Assembly: GCA_018402765.1 (NCBI GenBank)
Contig: JAGYIE010000005.1
Location: forward strand, 17,082-81,081
Direction: 5' to 3'
DNA: 64,000 nucleotides
Source: Vicingaceae bacterium
GTDB lineage: Bacteria; Bacteroidota; Bacteroidia; Flavobacteriales_E; Vicingaceae
The position numbers were made by a program, and so were the translations under genes. This document shows, in pieces, positions 18,794 to 27,585 of this stretch. The notes under the pieces were generated by a model, which was not told where the DNA came from, ran no database searches, and was given only the letters and a program-made list of their open reading frames with translations. Numbering within the stretch: the first letter of the stretch is position 1; every line of letters begins with the position of its first letter.

Positions 18794-18830
18794 AGGATTA
18801 ACATCCTGTGCTTTTAAAGCTGTCATTAAT

Positions 18831-21695
18831 TTGTATAAATTGAGTAATAACCATAAATCAAATATTCCTTTTGTTGGGCTTCAGCCTTTTAGTTTAGAAG
18901 ACCATCAGTATTTTTATGGGCGAGAGAGAGAAGTAGAATCGATACTCTCTATTCTACAATCCAATAAATTTGTATGCATAACAGGTCCTGAGGGCTCAGG
19001 TAAAAGTTCATTAATTAATGCTGGTTTATTGCACCGTTTGCAAACAGGCTTTAATGGTATAGAAGGCAATAAGTGGTCCGTTTGTAAATTTAGACCTAGT
19101 ATTTCTCCACTTGAAAATTTTACACAGGCACTAACATTTGATGGGGTATTATCAGTTGAAAATAAGCCTAATACCACAGATTACTTAACCTATTTTGAAA
19201 TTATAAAAGAGGTCGGTGCTGATGCTTTGATGACGATATATAATGATTCCGAAATAGTTAAGAAGCACAATTTATTGGTAGTTATTGATCAGATAGAAGA
19301 TATTTTTTACATGAATGATTACTTTAGTTCTTTTAGTTCTAAAGATGATGATATTCTATTTGATATCGTAAACAAAACTGCTCGGATAAAGAACATCCCC
19401 ATTTACTTCATACTATCTATTCGCACTAACTATTTAAGTAGTCTTTCTCAGTACAATGGATTACAGGAACTTATAAGCAGGTCGCAATACGCTATTCAAA
19501 ACATAAGTTTAGTAAGTGTCAACCAAATGATTGTTGAGGGTTTTAATTCAGTGAATGTCCAGTTTAGTAATTTGTTAGTAGAATCTCTTTATGAAGAGCT
19601 TCTAGAAGATACCTCTCTATTGTCAAACCTTCAGTTTCTTTTGTATTCTTTGTATATGCATCACTTAGCCTTAAAAAGCAGTCAGCAGGTTATAATCCAT
19701 GATTTTGATAATTATACATCCTTAAAAGAGGTGGTGAGTTTTTCATTTTTTGATTTCTTTGAATCTTTAGAAGATTCCGAGAAAGAGAAGTTAGAGTTGC
19801 TAATTCGAGCATTTTTCAACTCTAAAAATCAATTAAATACCAATTATAGAATATCGATTAATGATTTAGTAAAAATATCTGGTTTAGATATTATTTACAT
19901 AAAACAAATTTATTCTACTTTACGATTAGATTTTCAATCATTATTTAATGCTATCCCTGCTATTTCTACTCAGATTGATACTAATGGTAATGATTTTAAA
20001 TGGAAAGGTTCAGATTTGTTACAAATTAGCTATGTTTCTTATTTTTCTCACCCAACCTTTCAAAATTGGGTGCGGAATGAAGCTACTTACTATTGGCGTT
20101 TTAAGGAATATGCCAATTCGTTAAAAAAATATAAAAATGGAGAAATTGGTTTACTCACTTCGCCTCAGTTAGATATTGCAGTAGAGTGGAAGAACAACAA
20201 GTATATTTCTTCTGGTTGGTCTTCGAAATATAATTTACCCTTTTCTGATGTGGTTGACTTTATACTTGAAAGTAAGGCTAAACAGGAGAAAGACGCAGCT
20301 CATGCAGCTGCAAGGCAAGCAAGAGAGCGCATCAAAGAAAAAATTCAACGGCGACTTTATATTAGCTTTACCATTATAGCTTTCTCTCTAATGCTTTTTG
20401 CTGGCTATAAATGGATCGATGCCGACAGATCTAAAGAAGAGGCCAATATGGATAAATTAATTGCACAAGATCTCATGAGAGAGAATCAGATTATTAGTCA
20501 ATTAATAAAGATTAAAGCACAAGCTCCTTCTATGTTAGTGCAATTAAAAAATACTGGCAACGATACAAGTCAATTAAAAATCAATAGGCAAATACAAGAA
20601 GTAGTTAGAACGGAGTTATTGTTTGATAGTCTAAATTCTGTTTATAAAACTTCTTATGTTACAGATGATTGGATGCACGACTTGAATCAAACTGCACTGT
20701 CTCTTCTAGAAGGCAAAAAAGATTACACAGAAACGTCTATGCTTATAGGTGATCTAAAAACGTATCCTATTTTGGATTTTAGTTTATTTAATAATCAGCT
20801 AATCGCATTTATTGGAGAAGATAATAAATTGTTTATAAAAGATTTAAAAAGGAATAAACAAGCACAACTAATTAATCACTCTACTTTATTTAAAGGCCAA
20901 ATAAAACGATTAATTTTTATGGATATAGAGCATGTTTTAATCCTAACAGATCGTCATGAACTATTGATTTTATCGCTTATCACGCAGAATATACAAAGTG
21001 TTTATACCACTACGAAGGCTTCTCCTATAATTGATCTTATATACAATAAAGTAGAAGATGTTATTGTTATTGTAGAAGAAGATAAAATTAAGCTTTATGA
21101 TAGTTACAGTAATCTGCAAGTTATTGATGAATTAGGAGAACATTATACCGCTAGTTATCTTAATCAAAAATTATATGTTGCTACTAATAAGGGAATTTTC
21201 CAAGTAAATACTCAAGAAGGCATTAAGAAGGTGAATTTTGAAAAAGAGAAAAATTACAATTTTGATGGATTAACTAAACTACACTTAAAAGGAGATTATG
21301 CTTTTATTGGGTTTGATAACGGACGAGTAGAAATGTATAAGTTTAACCACGAGCAACTGGTATTAAAACATATATTCTTTTTTAATGAGCACTTTGACGC
21401 TATTACGAGTATATATTATGACGAAGTAAAAGAAGTGATGTATTCTTCAGGGATCGATAATAAAATTTTTAGATATGATTTAAGGATTAATGATGAAGAC
21501 GTAGATGAGAATTTTTCAGAGCTTAAGGGCCATAAAGGTACCGTTTGGAAAATTGATGGTTTTCAAAATACCAGAGGTCAACGAATTTTGGTTACTGCAG
21601 ATCAAACAGGCCACTTATTAACATGGTATATTGACGACATAGATATGGTAAAAGATCTTAAGGAATTAGTAGATAAACAACTTGAAAATAAATAG
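18831..21695 (+). CDS. nSTAND1-type NTPase + TM helix + WD40-like beta-propeller (Hat/HatR-like architecture)
   Basis: PFVGLQPF, FYGRERE, Walker A GPEGSGKSS, Walker B LLVVIDQIEDIF, LLTSPQLDIAVEW; TM LYISFTIIAFSLMLFAGY; WD-like EHFDAITSIYY and KGHKGTVWKID. Confidence 0.85.
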   Translation: MYKLSNNHKSNIPFVGLQPFSLEDHQYFYGREREVESILSILQSNKFVCITGPEGSGKSSLINAGLLHRLQTGFNGIEGNKWSVCKFRPSISPLENFTQALTFDGVLSVENKPNTTDYLTYFEIIKEVGADALMTIYNDSEIVKKHNLLVVIDQIEDIFYMNDYFSSFSSKDDDILFDIVNKTARIKNIPIYFILSIRTNYLSSLSQYNGLQELISRSQYAIQNISLVSVNQMIVEGFNSVNVQFSNLLVESLYEELLEDTSLLSNLQFLLYSLYMHHLALKSSQQVIIHDFDNYTSLKEVVSFSFFDFFESLEDSEKEKLELLIRAFFNSKNQLNTNYRISINDLVKISGLDIIYIKQIYSTLRLDFQSLFNAIPAISTQIDTNGNDFKWKGSDLLQISYVSYFSHPTFQNWVRNEATYYWRFKEYANSLKKYKNGEIGLLTSPQLDIAVEWKNNKYISSGWSSKYNLPFSDVVDFILESKAKQEKDAAHAAARQARERIKEKIQRRLYISFTIIAFSLMLFAGYKWIDADRSKEEANMDKLIAQDLMRENQIISQLIKIKAQAPSMLVQLKNTGNDTSQLKINRQIQEVVRTELLFDSLNSVYKTSYVTDDWMHDLNQTALSLLEGKKDYTETSMLIGDLKTYPILDFSLFNNQLIAFIGEDNKLFIKDLKRNKQAQLINHSTLFKGQIKRLIFMDIEHVLILTDRHELLILSLITQNIQSVYTTTKASPIIDLIYNKVEDVIVIVEEDKIKLYDSYSNLQVIDELGEHYTASYLNQKLYVATNKGIFQVNTQEGIKKVNFEKEKNYNFDGLTKLHLKGDYAFIGFDNGRVEMYKFNHEQLVLKHIFFFNEHFDAITSIYYDEVKEVMYSSGIDNKIFRYDLRINDEDVDENFSELKGHKGTVWKIDGFQNTRGQRILVTADQTGHLLTWYIDDIDMVKDLKELVDKQLENK

Positions 21696-21700
21696 CAGTT

Positions 21701-22093
21701 ATGGCAAATTGTGTTTGTAATGGAGCAAAGATATCCTGCAACTTTGGAGATGGTCCTCAAAGTATGGTGGTGCTTCCACTTGGGATGACGACTACTGCTA
21801 ATATAAAGGCATTAGCTGTTAATACAGATATTATCCCCTTTTTAAATATACCTAGTTTTGGTCAATGTAAATCACTAGCTAATCCAATGGTAGCATCTGC
21901 TACCGCCGCTGCACTAGGAGCGCTTACTCCTCAACCTTGTATTCCAGTTGTGATAGCTCCATGGAATCCTGCTGCACAAAAATTAAAAATTGGAAAAATA
22001 CCTGCAATTTTAGACAACAGCCAAACAATGTGTGCTTGGGCAGGTCAGATAAAGATAGATGATCCCGGACAATCTTCTATCACTGCAGTTTAA
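21701..22093 (+). CDS. DUF4280 PAAR-like spike-tip protein
   Basis: VCNGAKISCNFG...NIPSFGQCKSLANP.VASATAAALG.LTPQPCIP...CAWAGQIKI.DPGQ. Confidence 0.92.
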   Translation: MANCVCNGAKISCNFGDGPQSMVVLPLGMTTTANIKALAVNTDIIPFLNIPSFGQCKSLANPMVASATAAALGALTPQPCIPVVIAPWNPAAQKLKIGKIPAILDNSQTMCAWAGQIKIDDPGQSSITAV

Positions 22094-22095
22094 TT

Positions 22096-23232
22096 CTAAA
22101 TAGTTCTCCACCATTCGCTATCACTTACTTTTAGATGTTCTAACCAAATGGATTCTCCAATTTTAGGAACAATAACGTGAAGATTTAATTTCTTTGAGGT
22201 GGCTAAAACTCGATTTACAGGATCAGTCCAATCGTGCAATGCTAAACTAAAAGCTCCCCAATGAATCGGCATCATTTTTTTCGCCTTTACGTCTAATCCT
22301 GCTTGAGCAGTTTCTTCAGGCATCATATGTATTTGTGCCCATTTTTCATTGTATTGCCCACATTCCATCATCGCAAAATCAAACGGACCATACTTTTCAC
22401 CAATACGTTTAAAATGGTCTCCGTATCCGCTATCTCCACTAAAGTATAAGGTATCTTCTTGACCAATAATAACCCAACTTCCCCACAACGTAGAATTTTT
22501 GTTGGTAACCCCTCTGCCCGAAAAATGACGGCTTGGAGTGAAAGCCAAATGTATTTTGCCCATTTTAGTATCTTCCCACCAATTCATTTCATGAATTAGC
22601 TCAGGTGCCACTCCCCATGCTTCAAAATGGGCGCCAACACCAAGAGGAACATAATATGCCTTTGTCTTCGATTTCAATTTTTCTATGGATCCATAATCTA
22701 AGTGATCATAATGATCATGAGAAATGATAATAGCATCAATAACGGGTAATTTTTCAATTTCTATTGGTAATTCTTTGGAATATCGCTTACCACCAAGCAT
22801 TGGATGAGGCGCTGGAACATTGCCCAACATCGGGTCGAGTAAAATATTTTTTCCTTCTAATTGAAGAAAGAATGCGGAGTGTCCAAACCAAATTAGTCGC
22901 GTTTTAGAGCTATTTTCAATTACTTGTAAAGAATCAATTTTAATGAGTGGAAGCTCTTTGGTTGGTCGTCCATTTGGATTACCTTTGATAAAATCAATCA
23001 TTGTTCCAACCATTGATTTGAAATCCATATCCATAGTTGTTTCAACTAAATTCTCAAATTTTCTATCCTTCGGATTGAAGTTTTGCTCCTTTGCATATTC
23101 ATCGATCTTTTCTTGTGAAGGAGAACCACCAAATTCTTTGCTAAAATTAACGAAGATAACCCCCAATGTGAGCAGCACGAGCATTAAAAGACCTATCGCT
23201 ATTCCCACGAGTTTAAACGTTTTTTTTATCAT
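22096..23232 (-). CDS. MBL-fold metallo-hydrolase (RomA/NAPE-PLD-like)
   Basis: WFGHS; ISHDHYDHLD; TPSRHFSGRG; YFSGDSGY; PIHWG. Confidence 0.92.
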   Translation of the reverse strand: MIKKTFKLVGIAIGLLMLVLLTLGVIFVNFSKEFGGSPSQEKIDEYAKEQNFNPKDRKFENLVETTMDMDFKSMVGTMIDFIKGNPNGRPTKELPLIKIDSLQVIENSSKTRLIWFGHSAFFLQLEGKNILLDPMLGNVPAPHPMLGGKRYSKELPIEIEKLPVIDAIIISHDHYDHLDYGSIEKLKSKTKAYYVPLGVGAHFEAWGVAPELIHEMNWWEDTKMGKIHLAFTPSRHFSGRGVTNKNSTLWGSWVIIGQEDTLYFSGDSGYGDHFKRIGEKYGPFDFAMMECGQYNEKWAQIHMMPEETAQAGLDVKAKKMMPIHWGAFSLALHDWTDPVNRVLATSKKLNLHVIVPKIGESIWLEHLKVSDSEWWRTI

Positions 23233-23264
23233 TTATTCTACTAAAAGAAACTAACAAGATTAAA

Positions 23265-24083
23265 TTATTTTACTTGACTCATTATTATTTTATCAAAAAG
23301 TCGATCGCCCAAGTAAGTTCTCAACCAAATCATTGGTTTTGCCATTTTTCCTGCTACATATCTAGTTTTCGGTTTTGACATTGCTATTGCTTTACTAATT
23401 ACATTGGCTATAACTAACGGCTCCGAACCACCTCCTTTTTTATAAGACGCTTGGCTAGCTTTTGCCATAGCGCCAGCAATCTTAGCATATGGTCCATTAC
23501 CTGATCTCTTAACCATTGGACGTATCATTACATCACCAAATTCAGTGGTTATTATTCCAGGTTCAATTAACACCACGTCTATATTAAATTCGTTCAATTC
23601 AATTCTCAGGCAGTCACTCCAGCCTTCAAGTGCATGTTTAGTAGCGTGATACCATGCGCCAAGAGGCGTATACATTTTGCCACCCATAGAGGAGATGTTA
23701 ATTATTTTACCACTTTTTTGCTTTCTCATTTGTGGCAAAACCAATTGTGTTAGTCTACCTAGTCCAAATATATTGACTTCAAATTGTCTGCGCGCATCTT
23801 CAATTGTAGTTTCTTCTACAGATCCATAAATTGCATATCCGGCATTGTTGATTAATACATCTATTTTTCCTTCTTTTTCGATTACATGATTTACCAAATG
23901 CCGAATGTCTTCATCTTTAGTAATATCTAACTGAATTGGATGGCCTCCTAATACCTTTAGATCATCCATTAAGTTTACTCTTCTTGCAGCTGTATAAACT
24001 GAATGTCCTTCTTTTATTAATTTCTCGGCGGTAACTTTTCCTATGCCCGACGATGCACCTGTAATGATGATTACTTTTTTCAT
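23265..24083 (-). CDS. SDR family oxidoreductase
   Basis: TGASSGIG; NNAG; YHATK; ATG at 24083 preferred over track start 24113. Confidence 0.93.
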   Translation of the reverse strand: MKKVIIITGASSGIGKVTAEKLIKEGHSVYTAARRVNLMDDLKVLGGHPIQLDITKDEDIRHLVNHVIEKEGKIDVLINNAGYAIYGSVEETTIEDARRQFEVNIFGLGRLTQLVLPQMRKQKSGKIINISSMGGKMYTPLGAWYHATKHALEGWSDCLRIELNEFNIDVVLIEPGIITTEFGDVMIRPMVKRSGNGPYAKIAGAMAKASQASYKKGGGSEPLVIANVISKAIAMSKPKTRYVAGKMAKPMIWLRTYLGDRLFDKIIMSQVK

Positions 24084-24127
24084 GATTTGGTTTTCTAGCA
24101 AAGATGATGACATTAAGCGTATAAATA

Positions 24128-24147
24128 CTTGACTAAAAATGTCAAAT
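24128..24147. promoter_or_regulatory. Candidate AraC box upstream of the SDR gene
   Basis: CTTGACTAAAAATGTCAAAT (TTGAC-N7-GTCAA); 17/20 identical to 25031-25050. Confidence 0.55.
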
Positions 24148-24164
24148 GTACTTGTTTATTTAGT

Positions 24165-24998
24165 TCAACTAACTTGCTTAAAAAAGTCTGAAGGAGTTTG
24201 CTTAAATTGTTGCTTAAAAGAGCGAGAAAAATGGGCTAAATCTTCAAACCCTGATGCTTGATAAACCTCAGAAGGGCGCATGTTTTTGGTCACCATAAGC
24301 GCCTTAGCATGAGATAATCGTTTCTTTTTAATCCACTTATGTGGTGTTTCGTTAAAAATGGTTCTAAAGTCTCTATTGAATGTAGATAAACTTCTTCCAG
24401 AGCTTTTTGCTAAATCTTCTAAGGGTATGTTGTATAGAAAATTATGATTCATGAGTTTTTCCATGTCTGCCCTTTCAGTCAATGAATATTCTTTGAAAGC
24501 ACCTGCTATAGAAATATCAGCTGAAATTAATGCATGTAGCGCTTCTAATGTTTTAAGTTCTACAAGGTGAGGGTCTAAATCTTCGCCATGGTCTACATAG
24601 GAAATAATGGAATCCATTAGTATTTCTAAGTTTTTTGTAGTTGGAATAGCAATAAAACGGCTGTTGACAGCTGCAATTTCTTTAGAAAATTCGATTTGGG
24701 GAAAAGCTTTTCGAATAAATTCATTTGTTAGGGCAAAGGCATATGTTTTTGCATAACCTTCTTGTTCGCTCCATGTTTTAAATAGACTAGCATCTGTAAA
24801 TTTTCGAATTACAGCGAAAGAGTTTTTAGGAATGGTAAACAGTTCTTGATCGATAGTTGCATTTATTTGACCTACTTGTGTGTAAAATAATACAGAATGA
24901 GGATAGTACATCTCCTTCATCTCCTTCGAAGAGGTTTCGCAGGAGGCAGCTATTTGTACTTCTCCACACTGAATAAACTTAACAGTATGTTGTTCCAT
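24165..24998 (-). CDS. AraC family transcriptional regulator
   Basis: C-terminal LEDLAKSSGRSLSTFNRDF...GFEDLAHFSRSFKQQF double HTH. Confidence 0.95.
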   Translation of the reverse strand: MEQHTVKFIQCGEVQIAASCETSSKEMKEMYYPHSVLFYTQVGQINATIDQELFTIPKNSFAVIRKFTDASLFKTWSEQEGYAKTYAFALTNEFIRKAFPQIEFSKEIAAVNSRFIAIPTTKNLEILMDSIISYVDHGEDLDPHLVELKTLEALHALISADISIAGAFKEYSLTERADMEKLMNHNFLYNIPLEDLAKSSGRSLSTFNRDFRTIFNETPHKWIKKKRLSHAKALMVTKNMRPSEVYQASGFEDLAHFSRSFKQQFKQTPSDFFKQVS

Positions 24999-25030
24999 TC
25001 CACAAAAGTAGTCCTAAAAGGTTAGCTAAA

Positions 25031-25050
25031 CTTGCCTGAAAATGTCATAT
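25031..25050. promoter_or_regulatory. Candidate AraC box upstream of araC
   Basis: CTTGCCTGAAAATGTCATAT; 20 nt upstream of a minus-strand -7 element (TACTTTTG, 25010-25003). Confidence 0.5.
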
Positions 25051-25844
25051 TATTTTTTTACTGCCTTTATCGAATACACTATGGGTACTTTATTTCCCCA
25101 ATGCTTAATTTGAAATTTTCCAGGTTCGAATTCAACTGTATGTGAAAAACAATTATAGGGTGTGTAATCAAATTCGTGTAATGATTTTATCGTTAATCCT
25201 TCATTAATTAAACTATTTACAACTTCTCCTAATCCATGGTTCCACGAAATATAGTCTTGTTCTAATTCAGCTTCAGGATTGGTGTAAGTTCCCTCTTCTG
25301 TTTCTTTAATAGGCACATCATTAAAATAGCGGTAGTGAATTTTACTAAAATCATTGTCATACATCCATACCACAGGATGAAATTCGGCAATTATAAACAC
25401 TCCTTTTGGTTTTAGATACTTCGCGACTAATCCCGCCCATTTATTAATATCGGGTAACCACCCAATCGTACCGTAACTAGTGAAAACAGTATCAAAAGCT
25501 TCATTCAGATGGTTAGGAAGATCATAAATGTCACAGCAGATAAATGTTACATCTGTTTTGGTTTGCTCATTTAGTTTTTTGCCATAGTCTATAGCTGCAT
25601 CAGAAAGATCGACAGCGGTAACTTTAGCTCCTAATCGAGCCAGAGAAATTGAATCTTGTCCAAAATGACATTGTAAGTGTAAAACCTTTTTACCTGAAAT
25701 ATCACCTAGTAGGTCTAATTCTATTGAGTTTAAAGAATTATTCCCTTTTAAAAAGCCAGGTACATCATAAAATTCAGACTCTATATGTACGGCAGTTCTT
25801 TTATTCCATGATGCCTTATTGATTTCAATATAATTTGCAGCCAT
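25050..25844 (-). CDS. Class I SAM-dependent methyltransferase
   Basis: KKVLHLQCHFGQDS; VDLS; FDTVFTSYG. Confidence 0.92.
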   Translation of the reverse strand: MAANYIEINKASWNKRTAVHIESEFYDVPGFLKGNNSLNSIELDLLGDISGKKVLHLQCHFGQDSISLARLGAKVTAVDLSDAAIDYGKKLNEQTKTDVTFICCDIYDLPNHLNEAFDTVFTSYGTIGWLPDINKWAGLVAKYLKPKGVFIIAEFHPVVWMYDNDFSKIHYRYFNDVPIKETEEGTYTNPEAELEQDYISWNHGLGEVVNSLINEGLTIKSLHEFDYTPYNCFSHTVEFEPGKFQIKHWGNKVPIVYSIKAVKK

Positions 25845-25959
25845 AATCTAATTGATTGTTCAAACAAATCTATACTTTTTCTTTTTTTCAGTTCAATTTC
25901 AATGATTACTAAGTAGTTTGATTACAATTTAAAGGTTATTTAATCTTTATATTCCAATG

Positions 25960-25988
25960 GTTGCATGCGCAACTAATTATTACTTTTG
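25960..25988 (+). promoter_or_regulatory. Candidate MarR operator and -7 promoter element
   Basis: GTTGC-ATGC-GCAAC palindrome at 25960-25973; TACTTTTG at 25981-25988, 4 nt before the GTG start. Confidence 0.6.
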
Positions 25989-25992
25989 ACTT

Positions 25993-26460
25993 GTGGAAAA
26001 ATTGCCTTCATTCATTGGAAACCTAATCATTCCTTCTATCGGAAAAACAACAAAATTTACCAATGGCATGTTGTTACATGCGTTGAATGAGGCAAAAATT
26101 TCACTAACTAAAGAACAATTTATTGTCTTGTGTCATATAGAACAGGAGGCTAAGCCACAAACTTCTTTGGTTATGATTACTGAAAGAAATAAAGGGTCAT
26201 TAACTAGATTATTACAAACTCTAGAAAGAAAAAAGTATGTAATCAAAAAAAACTGTGAGGATGACAATAGAGTTAACTATATAGAAATTACCCCTGCAGG
26301 CAGAAAGGTATTGGAGAAAACAAAACCAATTTTCAAAGAAGTATTTGAAAATGCACAAAGGAATATTAGCGAAAATGAACTAGCCATAGCGATGCGCGTT
26401 TTAGAGCAAATTCGTTTAAATGTTATTGAATTTAACGAGAAATACGAAATCAACTTGTAA
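25993..26460 (+). CDS. MarR family transcriptional regulator
   Basis: LTKEQFIVL...KGSLTRLLQTLERKKYV...DDNRVNYIEITPAG. Confidence 0.92.
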   Translation: MEKLPSFIGNLIIPSIGKTTKFTNGMLLHALNEAKISLTKEQFIVLCHIEQEAKPQTSLVMITERNKGSLTRLLQTLERKKYVIKKNCEDDNRVNYIEITPAGRKVLEKTKPIFKEVFENAQRNISENELAIAMRVLEQIRLNVIEFNEKYEINL

Positions 26461-27582
26461 ATGAAAAAAAGACAATTAGTCATAATCGGTTCGTCGATAT
26501 TGATAGTAGTTATTGGGAAATTGGGAATGAATTTGCTGGCTCAGCCTGCAGAGAAAAAGCCTAGAAGTAAAGTTGCTAACGTAGCAACTGTTTTTACGGA
26601 AACTGTAAAGAATGATTCGGTTTCGATATATGTAACTTCTACAGGAGTATTAGAGGCAATGAAGCGACTAGAACTGTATAGTGAAGTCCAAGGAGTAATG
26701 GAGACTGATAACGGCCGGTTTAAAGCAGGTAACGCTTTCAAAAAAGGAGAATTGCTTATTGGTATTCGTTCAAACGATCAGATGGCTCAACTTTATGCCC
26801 AACGAAGTATTTTTGAAAGTACCATTACGAGTATAATGCCTGATTTGAAAGCTGATTTTTCAGTTCACTTTCAACAATGGGATACCTATTTAAAGGGCTT
26901 GTCTAATCAAAAACCTATTGCAGAGCTTCCTGTGGTAACTGACGAAAAGTTAAAATCTTTTTTGGTTGGGAGAGGAATATACAGTAGCTTCCATTCGCTC
27001 AAAAACTTAGAAATTGTAAATGGGAAATATTATATAACTGCTCCTTATGATGGTGTTCTTACCGAAACAAATGTTAATCCTGGCACTGTTATAAGACCGG
27101 GCCAATCTCTAGGAGTATTTATTCAGCCATTTGAATATGAACTGGAAACATCAACCGATGCCCATACTGCTGAACGGTTGTCTTTAGGTCAAAGAGTAGA
27201 GCTAAGTATGGATGGATTAGCCGATAAAAAATGGATAGGGTCTATAAACCGAATCGTAAAGGCGATCGATCAAAATAGTCAAATGAATACTTTTTTCGTA
27301 AAAGTAGAAGGGAAAGACCTAAAAGAAGGAATGTTCTTACAAGCAAAAGTTAGAGCAAAAGAGATTCCAAATTCATTTCAACTATCACGTTCAGCTTTAG
27401 TGAATCAGGATAAAGTGTATGTGGTAACAGATAGTACCCTCAAATTGAAGGAAATTAACAACTTGTTTTATGATCAAGATAATGTAATTATATCTGGATT
27501 AAAAGATGGAGAAGAAGTTTTAACAAAAGTACCTCCTGCAGCATTTGAAGGAATGAAAGTATCGGTTTATCAAGAGAAATAA
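26461..27582 (+). CDS. RND efflux periplasmic adaptor (MFP)
   Basis: ITAPYDGV...VNPGTVIRPGQSLG; SGLKDGEEV; between MarR and AcrB-like genes. Confidence 0.9.
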   Translation: MKKRQLVIIGSSILIVVIGKLGMNLLAQPAEKKPRSKVANVATVFTETVKNDSVSIYVTSTGVLEAMKRLELYSEVQGVMETDNGRFKAGNAFKKGELLIGIRSNDQMAQLYAQRSIFESTITSIMPDLKADFSVHFQQWDTYLKGLSNQKPIAELPVVTDEKLKSFLVGRGIYSSFHSLKNLEIVNGKYYITAPYDGVLTETNVNPGTVIRPGQSLGVFIQPFEYELETSTDAHTAERLSLGQRVELSMDGLADKKWIGSINRIVKAIDQNSQMNTFFVKVEGKDLKEGMFLQAKVRAKEIPNSFQLSRSALVNQDKVYVVTDSTLKLKEINNLFYDQDNVIISGLKDGEEVLTKVPPAAFEGMKVSVYQEK

Positions 27583-27585
27583 GAC

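Noticed and set aside
18795-18806. GGATTAACATCC as a Bacteroidota SOS box
   Set aside because: Spacing is GGA-N6-TCC, whereas the reported motif as I recall it is GGA-N5-TCC; single copy
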